DNA from: Felixounavirus LF110P1
Direction: 5' to 3' (one strand)
DNA length: 64,000 nt
Sequence record: OZ035744.1
The notes under the pieces are model-generated. The model was not told the origin of the DNA and ran no database searches. It saw nothing but the letters and a program-made list of their open reading frames with translations. Shown here one piece after another: positions 29,280-39,033 of the stretch. A program made the position numbers and the translations under genes. Every line of letters starts with the position of its first letter. The stretch's first letter is position 1.

Positions 29280-29550
29280 AGAAAAGTGGGAGATTTTACC
29301 ATTAGTCAGTGAAGGTGGTAATGGTTGTGAGATGTACATGATACGTGGTCATGTTCCAGAACCAATTGCGCTTGAGATGGTAAACAACTTTACAGATGGT
29401 TCTTACAAAGACTTAGGAGAGCCAACTATAAAGCATCAATGGGTAAAGCCTGTACCAGACAGCACAGGTAACTGTAGTGTACTTTACCACGTTGTAGACC
29501 CTGTAAAATGCAAATCTGCAATGGCAGTAACAAACGTAACCTTTGATTGA
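29272..29550 (+). CDS. hypothetical protein
   Basis: 92 aa ORF. Confidence 0.4.
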   Translation: MAKEKWEILPLVSEGGNGCEMYMIRGHVPEPIALEMVNNFTDGSYKDLGEPTIKHQWVKPVPDSTGNCSVLYHVVDPVKCKSAMAVTNVTFD

Positions 29551-29565
29551 GATAGAGAGAAAACT

Positions 29566-30447
29566 ATGAAAACTGTTATTGAAGCCGTCATCACCGCACA
29601 AGAGAAATTCTTCCACACAGAAAAATTTAACATCATCCAATTCCCATCTGGAGAAATTGGTGGAAACTTCTCTGAAGATTTTGTTAAGTTTGCTGAGCGT
29701 AATGCTGGTAAGATTGATAATGTTATATTTACTGTACAGGGGTATGACAAAGATACACTGTTTGCATTAGCTTTGGCTAAGGATGCCGTTGACAGTCTTG
29801 TTCCCCAGAAATCAGCGATGAAAACCGTTGTTTTCGGGTTCTTACCAAATGCTCGATATGACCGCCACATGTTCAAAGGTGATGCAGCAGCACTGAAAGT
29901 CTTTGCCAACCTCGTTAATGCAATGGGTTTTGATGCAGTATGTGCTCTTGACCCTCACAGTAATGTTGCAGAAAACTTATTTAAGTGTTTTCAGAGCATG
30001 AAGCAAAAAGATGTGGCAGTACACTTTGCAAGTGACCCACGCATTGATTTCTTAGTAGCCCCAGATGCAGGTGCAGCTAAGAAGACTGAAGATGCCGCTA
30101 AAGAGGTGGATAAACCATATATCACAATGTCTAAAGTGCGTAACCTTAAGACTGGTGAAATTACTGGTATGCGAATCCTTGATGATGTTGATTTGACAGA
30201 TAAAACCGTCATGATTCTGGATGATATTTGTGATGGTGGGCGAACCTTCATAGAGGCAGCTAAACATCTTCGTGAAGCAGGTGCAAAACGTGTGGAACTC
30301 TATGTAACTCATGGTATTTTCTCTAAAGGTGTTGAAAACTTACTTGACAATGGTATTGACCATATCTACACTACAAACTCTTTGGGTGAAGCTAAAGACC
30401 GTGGCTTAACACATTACGCCCAAGTTACTGTAGTAACTATTGATTGA
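29566..30447 (+). CDS. ribose-phosphate pyrophosphokinase-like protein (PRPP synthetase family; candidate ADP-ribose pyrophosphokinase)
   Basis: 293 aa; phosphoribosyltransferase-type PRPP-binding loop VMILDDICDGGRTF; Prs-like length. Confidence 0.7.
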   Translation: MKTVIEAVITAQEKFFHTEKFNIIQFPSGEIGGNFSEDFVKFAERNAGKIDNVIFTVQGYDKDTLFALALAKDAVDSLVPQKSAMKTVVFGFLPNARYDRHMFKGDAAALKVFANLVNAMGFDAVCALDPHSNVAENLFKCFQSMKQKDVAVHFASDPRIDFLVAPDAGAAKKTEDAAKEVDKPYITMSKVRNLKTGEITGMRILDDVDLTDKTVMILDDICDGGRTFIEAAKHLREAGAKRVELYVTHGIFSKGVENLLDNGIDHIYTTNSLGEAKDRGLTHYAQVTVVTID

Positions 30448-30456
30448 AACTTTATA

Positions 30457-30478
30457 GGGGCTTGAAAGCCCCATTTTG
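30457..30478 (+). terminator. rho-independent terminator / intergenic hairpin
   Basis: GGGGCTTGAAAGCCCC then ATTTTG. Confidence 0.45.
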
Positions 30479-30492
30479 AGAGAGATTAAAAG

Positions 30493-32274
30493 ATGACTAA
30501 ATCACTTTATGCCGTACCAGCAGGTTTAAACGCAGATGCTTACAAATCTGGTCATGTTTACCAGTATCCTAGTGCAACAGAGTACTTGATGTTCAACCTG
30601 ACACCACGTAGTGACAAATGGTTTAACAGCCCTTTGGCAATTGACGGTGTAGTGGCTTTTGGTATTCAACGTTTCGTTAAAGATTACTTGATAGACCATT
30701 GGAACGCCACTTTCTTTGAACGTGACAAAAAAGAAGCAATTGACGAAATCTTAGAAGTCATGAACGGTGTTCTGGGCAAAGATGCTATTGGTCGAGAGCA
30801 TTGGGAAGCACTTCACGACTTAGGTTATCTGCCAGTCGAAGTATACGCTGTAGAAGAAGGCACAGTTGTTCCGATGCGTGTCCCAATGATTGTATTCCAG
30901 AACACTGTTTCAGGTTTCCATTGGGTAGCGGGGTATCTGGAAGATGCTTTCTCTGCTGAGATTTGGAAGGCTTGTACCATTGCAACTATTGCATTGCACT
31001 ACAAACGTATCTGTAAGAAGTGGGCTGACCTCACTTGTGACAACGACTTCCATTTACCTTATCAGTGCCATGACTTTGCTATGCGTGGTATGTCCGGCTT
31101 TACTGATGACGCATTTAACGCTGTAGGTCACTTAACCAGCTTTAAAGGAACTGATAGCTTCCCTGCTGTATACACTGCTAAACGAATCTATGGTCAGTCT
31201 TACCCAATCTCTGATATTGGTAGTTCTGTACCAGCCACTGAACACTCTGTAATGTGTGCAAACATTGCTTGGGAAGGTGGTAATGAATTGATTGAAGATG
31301 AAAGACGCTTTAAAGGTGAGTTACAAACCTTCCGTCGTTTTTTAACAGAAACTTACCCAACTGGTATTGCAAGTGTTGTTTCAGATACTTATAATTTCTG
31401 GAGAACTGTATCAGTCATATTACCAGAACTCCGTAAAGAGATTATGGAACGCAATGGCAAACTGGTAATTCGTCCTGATTCTGGAGACCCTGTGCATATT
31501 GTCACAGGATACAAAGCAATCCATTTAGAGTGTGCTAAAAAGGCTTATTACGAACACTTAAGCAAGCTTGAAGCCAGCGACACAATGTTGAATGCTGTTC
31601 TGAACATGAAGCTTGAAAACATCAATTATGGTATTGCTGGATGGCTACTGTCAGAAGGCTACGAAATGGTTGTTGACAGAGAAGACTTTGAAGTTGCTGA
31701 TACAGTACTGCTGAAGAATGCTTATATGGTTGGTTCTGCAAACGTTGTAACACGTCCTGTAGCAGAGATTGATGGAGCTATTAAGACCCTGTATAACATC
31801 TTCGGAGGGACTATCAACTCTAAAGGATTCAAGGTACTGGATGAGCATATCGGCCTTATCTATGGTGACTCTATCACGCTGGAACGTGCAAACGAAATCC
31901 TGAAGCGCCTTTATGAAATGGGTTTTGCAAGCTCTAACGTGGTGTTTGGTGTAGGCTCTTACACTTACCAGTACATGACTCGTGACACATTTGCATTTGC
32001 TGTCAAAGCAACTCTTGCAAGCATTGGTGGTAAAGAGATTATGCTTGCAAAAGACCCTAAAACAGATAGCGGTGTTAAGAAATCTGCCTTTGGTGGTGTA
32101 GCGCCTATGTGGGACGGTGATAAACTGAAAGCTGTAGATGGCTACGGATTCCAGAGTTTTGCAGATGTACTTGACCACCAAGCTTGTGCTTTACGTTTAG
32201 TCTTTAGTGACTCTGAGCAGTTTGGTTACACAACTCTTGGTGATATTCGAAATAATATTGACAAGCAGCTTTAA
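30493..32274 (+). CDS. nicotinamide phosphoribosyltransferase-like protein (NadV/NAMPT family)
   Basis: 593 aa with NAMPT-like N-terminus (MTKSLYAVPAGLNADAYKSGH) and length; adjacent to Prs-like gene. Confidence 0.75.
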   Translation: MTKSLYAVPAGLNADAYKSGHVYQYPSATEYLMFNLTPRSDKWFNSPLAIDGVVAFGIQRFVKDYLIDHWNATFFERDKKEAIDEILEVMNGVLGKDAIGREHWEALHDLGYLPVEVYAVEEGTVVPMRVPMIVFQNTVSGFHWVAGYLEDAFSAEIWKACTIATIALHYKRICKKWADLTCDNDFHLPYQCHDFAMRGMSGFTDDAFNAVGHLTSFKGTDSFPAVYTAKRIYGQSYPISDIGSSVPATEHSVMCANIAWEGGNELIEDERRFKGELQTFRRFLTETYPTGIASVVSDTYNFWRTVSVILPELRKEIMERNGKLVIRPDSGDPVHIVTGYKAIHLECAKKAYYEHLSKLEASDTMLNAVLNMKLENINYGIAGWLLSEGYEMVVDREDFEVADTVLLKNAYMVGSANVVTRPVAEIDGAIKTLYNIFGGTINSKGFKVLDEHIGLIYGDSITLERANEILKRLYEMGFASSNVVFGVGSYTYQYMTRDTFAFAVKATLASIGGKEIMLAKDPKTDSGVKKSAFGGVAPMWDGDKLKAVDGYGFQSFADVLDHQACALRLVFSDSEQFGYTTLGDIRNNIDKQL

Positions 32275-32288
32275 AAGTATATGATAAG

Positions 32289-32312
32289 AGGCTCCCGTAG
32301 GAGCCTCTTTAA
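32289..32312 (+). terminator. rho-independent terminator
   Basis: GAGGCTCC-CGTA-GGAGCCTC then TTT. Confidence 0.55.
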
Positions 32313-32327
32313 TTTCTGGAGAAAACT

Positions 32328-32663
32328 ATGAAAATCAAAGAGATGAACATCAACATTGTCTTAGAAGAACGTTGGGAGAACATCAATAAGCCTGAAGATG
32401 GCCATAAGTTCCTTAACAAAATTTTAGTAGCAGCTAAAGAAGAACTGACTGGTAAGATTGCAGCAGCAATCACAATAAAGGTCTGCGTAAAAGGTCTTCC
32501 AGACAATCACCAATTTGCACTTGACGAGTTTAAAGGAAGCTTCTACAATCCAAACAAACAGATGCTTGAAAGTAACTTTGCAGTGTCTACAAGTATCGTT
32601 CATGACAGAAGCTTTATCCTTTACAAGAATATGAGAGGTGAGTCATGCAAGCATATTGGATAG
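32328..32663 (+). CDS. hypothetical protein
   Basis: 111 aa ORF. Confidence 0.4.
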   Translation: MKIKEMNINIVLEERWENINKPEDGHKFLNKILVAAKEELTGKIAAAITIKVCVKGLPDNHQFALDEFKGSFYNPNKQMLESNFAVSTSIVHDRSFILYKNMRGESCKHIG

Positions 32664-32821
32664 AAATTTTGCTGTCACTTGGTAGTGTAGCAGTATTTGT
32701 TTACCTCCTTTGTAAGTACTTTGCAGAGCACAAAAAATGTGACTACTGTAATGGAGAGGGGTACATAAGGGCAGGATGTTGCCCTATGTGTGGTGGTTCT
32801 GGTAAAATGTTTAATAAGTAA
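32645..32821 (+). CDS. small membrane zinc-ribbon protein (hypothetical)
   Basis: 58 aa ORF (below track cutoff): hydrophobic N-terminus then CDYCNG...CPMCGG. Confidence 0.35.
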   Translation: MQAYWIEILLSLGSVAVFVYLLCKYFAEHKKCDYCNGEGYIRAGCCPMCGGSGKMFNK

Positions 32822-32849
32822 TTTAACAGTAAACTGAGAGGAAAGTATT

Positions 32850-35216
32850 ATGCGCATGGTAAATGACCACGCAGAAGTGATTAAGAGTTCAACTTCTTTA
32901 GAGACGTCTCAAGCACAGATTACAATGACACCTGAGATGTTCAGCCTTTTGAGTTCTGGTGTGTATACCTTTAAAGAAAGGGCAGTGATTCGTGAACTGT
33001 CATGTAACGCAGTAGATGCTCAGAAAGAAGCTGGAAAAGAGAACATCCCATTCCATGTGCATTTACCTACTCGTTTTGAGCCTTACTTCGAAGTTCGTGA
33101 TTTTGGAACTGGATTGACTCATGATAAAGTTATGAGTTTGTACCTAAACTATGGAGCTTCTACGAAGAATGACTCTAATGACTACATTGGTGCAATGGGT
33201 ATCGGCTCAAAGTCACCATTTGCAATTGCTCAGTCATTCACAGTATCTAGTTATGTTGACGGTGTTGTTAATAAGTACTCTGTTTATCTTGAGAATGGTA
33301 TCCCTCAAGTAACTAAGCTGACAACTAACCAAACAAAAGAACCTAATGGTTTAGCTGTACGTGTGGCAGTTGCTGACCACCGTATCTCAAAGTTCTTTGA
33401 AGAAGCTGGGAATGTGTACTCATACTTCACTGTAAAACCAGAAAGTAATATTGAGTACGACGATGTATTAGCAGATATGAACGTAATTGCCCGTGAAGAA
33501 GGTGTTTATGAGGCCATGATTCATAAGCACAGCTGGCGTTCTAGTGATAACAGGACAGAGTTTAATGTGGTGATGGGTAACATTGCCTATCCAGTGAACA
33601 TGGAAGCGTTACTTGGTGATGATTTCTTCAAAGTCTTGCCAGAGTTTTTCCGTAGGAGCGTAGACCTTGTAAACATCTACATGCCTATTGGTTCAGTTGC
33701 TATTGCAGCTTCTCGTGAAGCATTGCAGATGAATGACACGACAAAAAATGTTATCATTGAGGCTACTAAAAAGATAACTGAAGCCATTACAAAGGATGTT
33801 ATCAAGAAAGTTAATAGCCAACCTACACTCATGGATGCTGCACAGGCTTATGCTGAGTTACGTTTGAACTCACGAGAGATGTTTAATGCTGTGTGTCCAA
33901 AGCTAGAGTGGGGTGGCGTTAAGCTTGATTCTCTGGAAGAAGAATTGCTAAACATTCGTCGTGGAATTATCTACGCAGAAGACGGCTCAGTCATTTACGA
34001 ACGTGACGGTAAAGGTAATATTAAGGTTGATAGGAACGGGAACAATATCCCTAAAGTAGATTATCTTTATGACCCAGTTGCTTATGTCAAGTTTAACTCT
34101 TTAGAGAGTAAGATTCGTGCAACAGCACTATCCTACACTCAAGAGGCGAGCATGTTCAACATCTTTGGTGCAATGCGCAAAAGCCAGATTGGACAGTTTT
34201 TGTTCGTGATTAATGACCGTCGAAATAAAAATGGCACTGAGAAGACTGTTGGGCGTAACCAAATCTTGCGTGGTGCATGTCGAGACTATGCAAGTGAGTC
34301 TAGTCTGTTTCACAGATACAATGGTATTGTCTTTGTATTCTCGACTGAAAAAGAGTTAGATGACTTAATCAATCTGCACAAACTTGATAAAAGTTTGTTA
34401 AAGATTGTGAAAATGTCTGATAAGGAGCACCATTACCAGCGTAAAGAAGCTGTAAGAGGTGTTGTAAAACTCTGGAAAGCTGTTCCAGCAGAAGGTGTAG
34501 CTTCCTATAAAGAGGTTTCAGAAGACTTTGATACAATTGAAGAGCCTCAGCTTTACATTAAGGCAGTTGGTGACACAGTTGATGGCGAATGTTTTTGCTC
34601 ATCTCCAGAAGATGTAGCCAAGTCAGTTGCTAATGTTACAGGGAAGACAGTCTATGTTTTCCGAAAAGCAAATTGGAAAAAGATACCAGAAGACTGGATT
34701 GAAGTAGATGAGAAACTCTTGAACGATAGCTTAACTGATGTTCATTGGATTAATCATAACAGGTATATGACACGTATCTATATGAATGGTGTCCTTGACC
34801 TTACAAGCAGTTGGATTATTGCCAGAAACTTTACGTTCAATAACAGGAAGATTTCTCGTGGCTATTGCTATTCACGGGATACAAACAAAACTATCTTCCT
34901 AGAAGGTAATGAAGAGGCTGTAGAGGCAATGTTTGGTAAAATCCAGTATGTTGCTGCACCATTTGCATACACTTACACTATTAGTGTGTTGAAAACTTTG
35001 AAAGATTGTCTTGACAACGATACAAAGCTTTACAAGAAAATTAAGAAAGCTGGTGACCGTATGGTTATTAAGGTGACAAACTACCTTTCAAAAAGAAAAC
35101 AAGAAAACTTCTTGCTTTCCCATTTAGATTGGAATAAAGTGTCACCCATCGAAGTGAGTAAGTTCTTAGGTTTTGATGTGAAGTGTGTTCCAGAAGGAAC
35201 TACAGTTTACGATTAA
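32850..35216 (+). CDS. rIIA: rIIA-like protein (GHKL ATPase fold)
   Basis: 788 aa; N-terminal Bergerat-fold motifs (ELSCNAVDA, DFGTGL, MGIGSKS); followed by rIIB homologue. Confidence 0.7.
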   Translation: MRMVNDHAEVIKSSTSLETSQAQITMTPEMFSLLSSGVYTFKERAVIRELSCNAVDAQKEAGKENIPFHVHLPTRFEPYFEVRDFGTGLTHDKVMSLYLNYGASTKNDSNDYIGAMGIGSKSPFAIAQSFTVSSYVDGVVNKYSVYLENGIPQVTKLTTNQTKEPNGLAVRVAVADHRISKFFEEAGNVYSYFTVKPESNIEYDDVLADMNVIAREEGVYEAMIHKHSWRSSDNRTEFNVVMGNIAYPVNMEALLGDDFFKVLPEFFRRSVDLVNIYMPIGSVAIAASREALQMNDTTKNVIIEATKKITEAITKDVIKKVNSQPTLMDAAQAYAELRLNSREMFNAVCPKLEWGGVKLDSLEEELLNIRRGIIYAEDGSVIYERDGKGNIKVDRNGNNIPKVDYLYDPVAYVKFNSLESKIRATALSYTQEASMFNIFGAMRKSQIGQFLFVINDRRNKNGTEKTVGRNQILRGACRDYASESSLFHRYNGIVFVFSTEKELDDLINLHKLDKSLLKIVKMSDKEHHYQRKEAVRGVVKLWKAVPAEGVASYKEVSEDFDTIEEPQLYIKAVGDTVDGECFCSSPEDVAKSVANVTGKTVYVFRKANWKKIPEDWIEVDEKLLNDSLTDVHWINHNRYMTRIYMNGVLDLTSSWIIARNFTFNNRKISRGYCYSRDTNKTIFLEGNEEAVEAMFGKIQYVAAPFAYTYTISVLKTLKDCLDNDTKLYKKIKKAGDRMVIKVTNYLSKRKQENFLLSHLDWNKVSPIEVSKFLGFDVKCVPEGTTVYD

Positions 35217-35295
35217 AGTGTTTGACAAGGGGCTTCAAAGCCCCTTAGAATATCCTCACAAAATGATTTATTAACTAACAAGAGAGAGTAATAAG

Positions 35296-36405
35296 ATGAC
35301 TACTAAAACTAAAGCACAGATTGACGCAGAAATTTACAAACTGGTTAAAGAAGGTAAGCTGACTAAAACAGCTATTGCACAGAAATTTAATACTTCAACC
35401 CGTTCAGTCGGTCGTGCTGTAGAGCGTCATGAAGCAACATTAAAAGGGAATAAGAAGGTAACTTCTACACCAGCTACGAAGACTTTGAAACAAGTTGCTA
35501 AGACCTTTAAGAAGAAAGCTGGAAAACCAGTTGAAAAGGTAGTTAAAGACGCTGTACAGAAAGCTCCAGTAAATAAACTGCACGAAGCTATGCAGAAAGA
35601 TGACAAGATTGAGTACATGATTACTGGTGATTCTGTAATTATGACTTATGGTTCAGAATCTGAAATTGTTGAGTCTACTCATCCGAACTATCAAGAGATT
35701 GTAGTTCATGTTGTGAAAGGTGAGTTCAAGAAAGCATTTGAACTGATGAACATTCGTAAGTCTATCGAAAACTTCACGCAGGGAGCTATCACAATCAAAG
35801 GTGATAAGCTATTCTACGGTGCTGTTGAGATGCGTTCTACTCTGGTTGACCGTATACTTCACATGATGAAGACTGGTGATAAAGGTTTTGAACGACTTGT
35901 AATGTTCTTCGAAAAACTGATGGAAAACCCATCTAAAGATTCTGTAGAACAACTTTGGGGATTCATATCTCACCTTGATGTTGAAATTGATGAAGAAGGC
36001 TACATCATTGGTTGGAAGAAAGTCTCTACTCGTGAAGGCAAGCTGGTTGACTCCCGCACCTGCAAAGTACCTAATGATTTGGGTAACATTGTAGAAATGC
36101 CACGTTGGATGGTTGATAATAACCGTAACGTGACTTGCTCTCAAGGTCTTCACGTTGGTGCTTGGGATTATGTTCGTTACTTCTCAGGTGATACAATTCT
36201 GAAGGTTCGTGTCCATCCACGAGACGTTGTATCCGTACCAACTGATTACAACGATATGAAGATGCGCTCGTCTCGTTATGAAGTTGCAGCAATCGTTGAT
36301 AATCAACGTAAAGTACTGAAAGCATGGGATGGCAAGACTGAAGCTTTGCATGTCATCGTTGGTACTGCTGGAGAACTTATCTCTGAGCGTAAACGTGAAA
36401 TCTAA
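35296..36405 (+). CDS. rIIB: rIIB-like protein
   Basis: 369 aa; segments recalled as conserved in T4 rIIB (LFYGAVEMRSTLVDRIL, CSQGLHV, VRVHPRDVVSVPTDYNDMKMRSSRYEV). Confidence 0.7.
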   Translation: MTTKTKAQIDAEIYKLVKEGKLTKTAIAQKFNTSTRSVGRAVERHEATLKGNKKVTSTPATKTLKQVAKTFKKKAGKPVEKVVKDAVQKAPVNKLHEAMQKDDKIEYMITGDSVIMTYGSESEIVESTHPNYQEIVVHVVKGEFKKAFELMNIRKSIENFTQGAITIKGDKLFYGAVEMRSTLVDRILHMMKTGDKGFERLVMFFEKLMENPSKDSVEQLWGFISHLDVEIDEEGYIIGWKKVSTREGKLVDSRTCKVPNDLGNIVEMPRWMVDNNRNVTCSQGLHVGAWDYVRYFSGDTILKVRVHPRDVVSVPTDYNDMKMRSSRYEVAAIVDNQRKVLKAWDGKTEALHVIVGTAGELISERKREI

Positions 36406-36422
36406 TAAGTAATTTCTTAAAA

Positions 36423-36446
36423 GGCTGCTTCGGCGGCCTTTTTTAT
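36423..36446 (+). terminator. rho-independent terminator
   Basis: GGCTGC-TTCG-GCGGCC then TTTTTT. Confidence 0.6.
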
Positions 36447-36505
36447 TTGTATTTTGTGCAGAGTGCTGTATAATTGTTGTCACGATAAACTAAACAGGAG
36501 AACCA

Positions 36506-37054
36506 ATGAAGAAATTGATTCTAGGTTTGTGCTTAATGTTTACAGCACACTTATCTTATGCAGTTGACTGCCCAGAGCTATCAATTAGCCAAAAAGTAAA
36601 CATGTTAAAAGCTTACCAGTATGGTGAGAACAACATGGGTAAAGGTTGGGGTATCACTCTAGCTGCTATAGCCTTACAAGAGTCAGAGTTAGGTCTGAAG
36701 GTAGAGAATAAAAAGACACATGATTATGGTATTTTCCAGAATCACTTGAAGACTGTTGTAAAGCGTAACAAAATTAGCCCTAATGTGGCTAAAAAGAAAC
36801 TCTTAAAAGACTTTGACTATGCTGCAAAGGAAACGCACAAAGAGCTTGAGTTTTGGACAAAGGTACATGGTCAGCCAAAGTCAAAGAAGACTTTACAAAA
36901 AGTTTTAGCATCATATAATGCTGGGTATTCGTACAGAATCCCTAAAGCTAAGAAGTATTCTCAAGATGTCTATAACAACATGAAAGTTATTGCTCAATGT
37001 GAATTTGCAACAAACATTTCTAAGGTAAATCATGAAAAAATTAAGAAAGTCTGA
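36506..37054 (+). CDS. secreted lytic transglycosylase-like protein (candidate)
   Basis: signal peptide MKKLILGLCLMFTAHLSYA; SLT-like motifs ALQESELGL, GIFQN, SYNAG. Confidence 0.45.
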   Translation: MKKLILGLCLMFTAHLSYAVDCPELSISQKVNMLKAYQYGENNMGKGWGITLAAIALQESELGLKVENKKTHDYGIFQNHLKTVVKRNKISPNVAKKKLLKDFDYAAKETHKELEFWTKVHGQPKSKKTLQKVLASYNAGYSYRIPKAKKYSQDVYNNMKVIAQCEFATNISKVNHEKIKKV

Positions 37055-37727
37055 TGAAGTACTGTGTCATGCTTATGACTTACATCCTCATGAGTTAGGT
37101 CTTAATTCCTGTGTATGGACTCCAGAACAGTGTAGGGATTTTGAAGACACTGCAAGAGAAGTTGTATGTTCACTCGAAGAGTTCCACACATCAGAGCCAA
37201 TTGTGAATGTTGTAGATAAAGAGACTGGACAAACTATAGGCGTAAGTCGTGATAGCTTAGTCATAGTCAATAAAGACCTTGTAGAAAAAGGTAACCTTAT
37301 CTTAGCAGACATTGATGGTGTTCTTACAAATTTTAATCACGAAGATTGCTCAACGGAATTGATTGATGGGTCATTTTCACAGTACACTAATTTGCTTGAC
37401 TCTGTAAGTGCAAAGCCGACGTATGTTTTCAATATCATTGATGCAATTGCTAATCATGCTGCCATTGGACTCTTGACAGCTAGAGGTGAATCTCAGAGAA
37501 TCCCTACTGAGATGTTTTTAAGGCATTACATAGAGCATGATTACATGCTTTTTATGCGTGGTTTTGGAACTAACTCTATAAGTGCAGAAAGTTTGAAAGT
37601 GAGGATGATTCAGTCTTGCATTCTGCCTTACTTTAATATAGTATGTTTTATAGAAGACACAGAGAAGAATGTGCAGAAGGTGAACAGAATCCTTCCACAC
37701 ATCAAAACCATGTTAGTTAAACATTGA
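37032..37727 (+). CDS. hypothetical protein
   Basis: 231 aa ORF. Confidence 0.4.
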   Translation: MKKLRKSDEVLCHAYDLHPHELGLNSCVWTPEQCRDFEDTAREVVCSLEEFHTSEPIVNVVDKETGQTIGVSRDSLVIVNKDLVEKGNLILADIDGVLTNFNHEDCSTELIDGSFSQYTNLLDSVSAKPTYVFNIIDAIANHAAIGLLTARGESQRIPTEMFLRHYIEHDYMLFMRGFGTNSISAESLKVRMIQSCILPYFNIVCFIEDTEKNVQKVNRILPHIKTMLVKH

Positions 37728-37737
37728 GAGAAAACTT

Positions 37738-38202
37738 ATGAACAATATCATTACGGTAGCACTGGACGTTACGGCAAACAAATCTGAAGTAGTTCGTAAC
37801 ATTATCAAGAGCAACTTTGAGGGTAAAATCTTCCGTGCTGTCAACGTAAAAGCAGACGGTAACATCCGAGAGTATCGTGCTCTTTTGAATGTTAAGAAAC
37901 ACGTAAAGGGTTCTGGCTCAACCACAGCACACAAAGAAAACCTGATGACTATCTATGATATGGGGATGGCTTCAGAATTAGGTGCTGAAGGTATCGTTAA
38001 AGAAGGTGCTCCGTATCGCTCTTTCAATCTGGAAACTGCTCTTATGCTTTCCTTTACAAGTGGTTCTAAAACAACTACTTATCTCTTTACTGATGCTGCA
38101 ACGGTATCTGCTATCAAGGATAGCACTGTCAAAGCTGGGGTAGCTGCTGCTGCAAAAGCTTCTTCGATGGCTGCAAATGTCCTTGCTAAAGTCCTCGGTT
38201 AA
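37738..38202 (+). CDS. hypothetical protein
   Basis: 154 aa ORF. Confidence 0.4.
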   Translation: MNNIITVALDVTANKSEVVRNIIKSNFEGKIFRAVNVKADGNIREYRALLNVKKHVKGSGSTTAHKENLMTIYDMGMASELGAEGIVKEGAPYRSFNLETALMLSFTSGSKTTTYLFTDAATVSAIKDSTVKAGVAAAAKASSMAANVLAKVLG

Positions 38203-38214
38203 GGTTAAGATACA

Positions 38215-38236
38215 GGCTCCTTCGGGAGCCTTTTTC
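38215..38236 (+). terminator. rho-independent terminator
   Basis: GGCTCC-TTCG-GGAGCC then TTTTT. Confidence 0.6.
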
Positions 38237-38254
38237 ATTTCAGGAGATTGTTAA

Positions 38255-38602
38255 ATGACATTTAAAGAGTTCTGTCAAGCTACTTTCATAATTGTTTTCT
38301 TAGTTGGGGCAGGTGTCTGGGGAGGATACTCTTACAGAGACTATCAAGTTGCTGAAACTGAGCTAAACAATCAAAAGCTCATAAGTGTTGCTAAAGATGC
38401 TTATCAGGAAGGATTAGTCACACTGAGCACCAATTACAAAAATGATTTGAAAGATGTGCTTGCTAAGAATAAGCATACAAAAGAGGTACTAACATATGAA
38501 AAAACTAAGCCAGAGTTTTATAATGTTTGTGTTACTGATAACTATGTCAGGGTGTTCAACGAACAAAGTGAACAGTACATTCAAAAACTCCCAAGTAAGT
38601 GA
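38255..38602 (+). CDS. i-spanin-like protein (candidate)
   Basis: N-terminal TM helix (FIIVFLVGAGVWGGY) with periplasmic-type remainder; next ORF is embedded out of frame. Confidence 0.4.
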   Translation: MTFKEFCQATFIIVFLVGAGVWGGYSYRDYQVAETELNNQKLISVAKDAYQEGLVTLSTNYKNDLKDVLAKNKHTKEVLTYEKTKPEFYNVCVTDNYVRVFNEQSEQYIQKLPSK

Positions 38603-38765
38603 GAGTGATAAGTACACTCAAGAAGAGTCACGGTATATCATCAAAGGCAACACAGGCAGCGATGTAGCAGAAGCACTTGAGTTCTACCGTGACGGCTTTT
38701 ACCAGTGTACAATTAAAGCTAATAACCTTATTGACATGATTTTATTAGGGAATAAGCAGCAATGA
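38496..38765 (+). CDS. o-spanin-like lipoprotein (candidate)
   Basis: lipoprotein signal with lipobox (LLITMSGC); starts inside previous ORF in another frame. Confidence 0.4.
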   Translation: MKKLSQSFIMFVLLITMSGCSTNKVNSTFKNSQVSESDKYTQEESRYIIKGNTGSDVAEALEFYRDGFYQCTIKANNLIDMILLGNKQQ

Positions 38766-39031
38766 CAGAGAATCAAGACACTTTCTATGTAGAAGGTTAC
38801 TTACTGTTACCACGACCAAAAGAAACTTATATGCGAATCGACTTCTTACCAACCATTATGGATAATGTGATGTGTCATATCTTTATGCAAGGTGTCACAG
38901 CACAGCTTAAGCATGTTGGTAAAGAGTGCAAAATAAAGGTTGACACTCATCCAGAAATCAAAGAGAATCACTACACATGGTTCTTACCAGATTCTAAAGA
39001 AATCTTAGCAGTTCTTAAAACGAGGAAGTAA
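38762..39031 (+). CDS. hypothetical protein
   Basis: 89 aa ORF. Confidence 0.4.
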   Translation: MTENQDTFYVEGYLLLPRPKETYMRIDFLPTIMDNVMCHIFMQGVTAQLKHVGKECKIKVDTHPEIKENHYTWFLPDSKEILAVLKTRK

Positions 39032-39033
39032 CT

